Assembly: GCA_000934665.2 (NCBI GenBank)
Contig: JYFJ02004114.1
Span: 1-34,629, forward strand
Direction of reading: 5' to 3'
Origin: Catajapyx aquilonaris
Taxonomy: Eukaryota
DNA: 34,629 nucleotides
This document shows positions 34,496-34,629 of this stretch, piece by piece; position 1 is the first letter of the stretch; each line of letters begins with the position of its first letter. The position numbers and the translations under genes were made by a program. Under the pieces are notes generated by a model, which saw only the letters and a program-made list of their open reading frames with translations, was not told the DNA's origin and searched no databases.

Positions 34496-34629
34496 GTCAT
34501 TTTTCCCGCTAACCTCACCTAATTATCCTGCTGATTAAGTTAATTAAGCTAATTATTGGCCCCCCCAACCCGGTGTTCCATTCCTATTGAGCTAGGCCTA
34601 GTCTGAATCAACCCTTGCAAAGTGACCTC

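Noticed and set aside
34570..34629. Possible 3' hairpin plus ACA box of an H/ACA snoRNA on the minus strand in the RPL14 5' intron
   Set aside because: Pairing is weak beyond the CTAGGCCTAG palindrome, pocket-to-ACA spacing is unconvincing, and the window edge cuts it off.

Overview
Eukaryotic (animal, probably invertebrate) genomic DNA, not prokaryotic. Positions 1-21541 appear to be the unfinished first intron of a minus-strand DIP2 gene, whose first coding exon (21542-21635) is missing from the ORF track. That intron holds two long foldback elements, a Helitron-like remnant with a tandem duplication, other short duplications and G-quadruplex tracts. Positions 22221-34629 are a compact gene cluster with mostly 51-66 nt GT-AG introns: RECQL4 (+), an Aurora kinase (+), POP4/Rpp29 (-), nibrin/NBS1 (+) and RPL14 (-, start exon not found). 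An RPL14 intron carries a U49/SNORD49-like C/D box snoRNA. There are two divergent promoters with E2F, CHR and YY1-type motifs, a CCAAT/CHR promoter before Aurora, and AT-rich repeat arrays beside the gene 5' ends. Gene models were built by hand from splice signals and protein motifs recalled from memory; no database search was run. I found no clearly new biological system. The best leads are the snoRNA, the foldbacks, a possibly frame-shifted segment of NBS1, an unusual Aurora hinge residue and candidate cryptic DIP2 exons.
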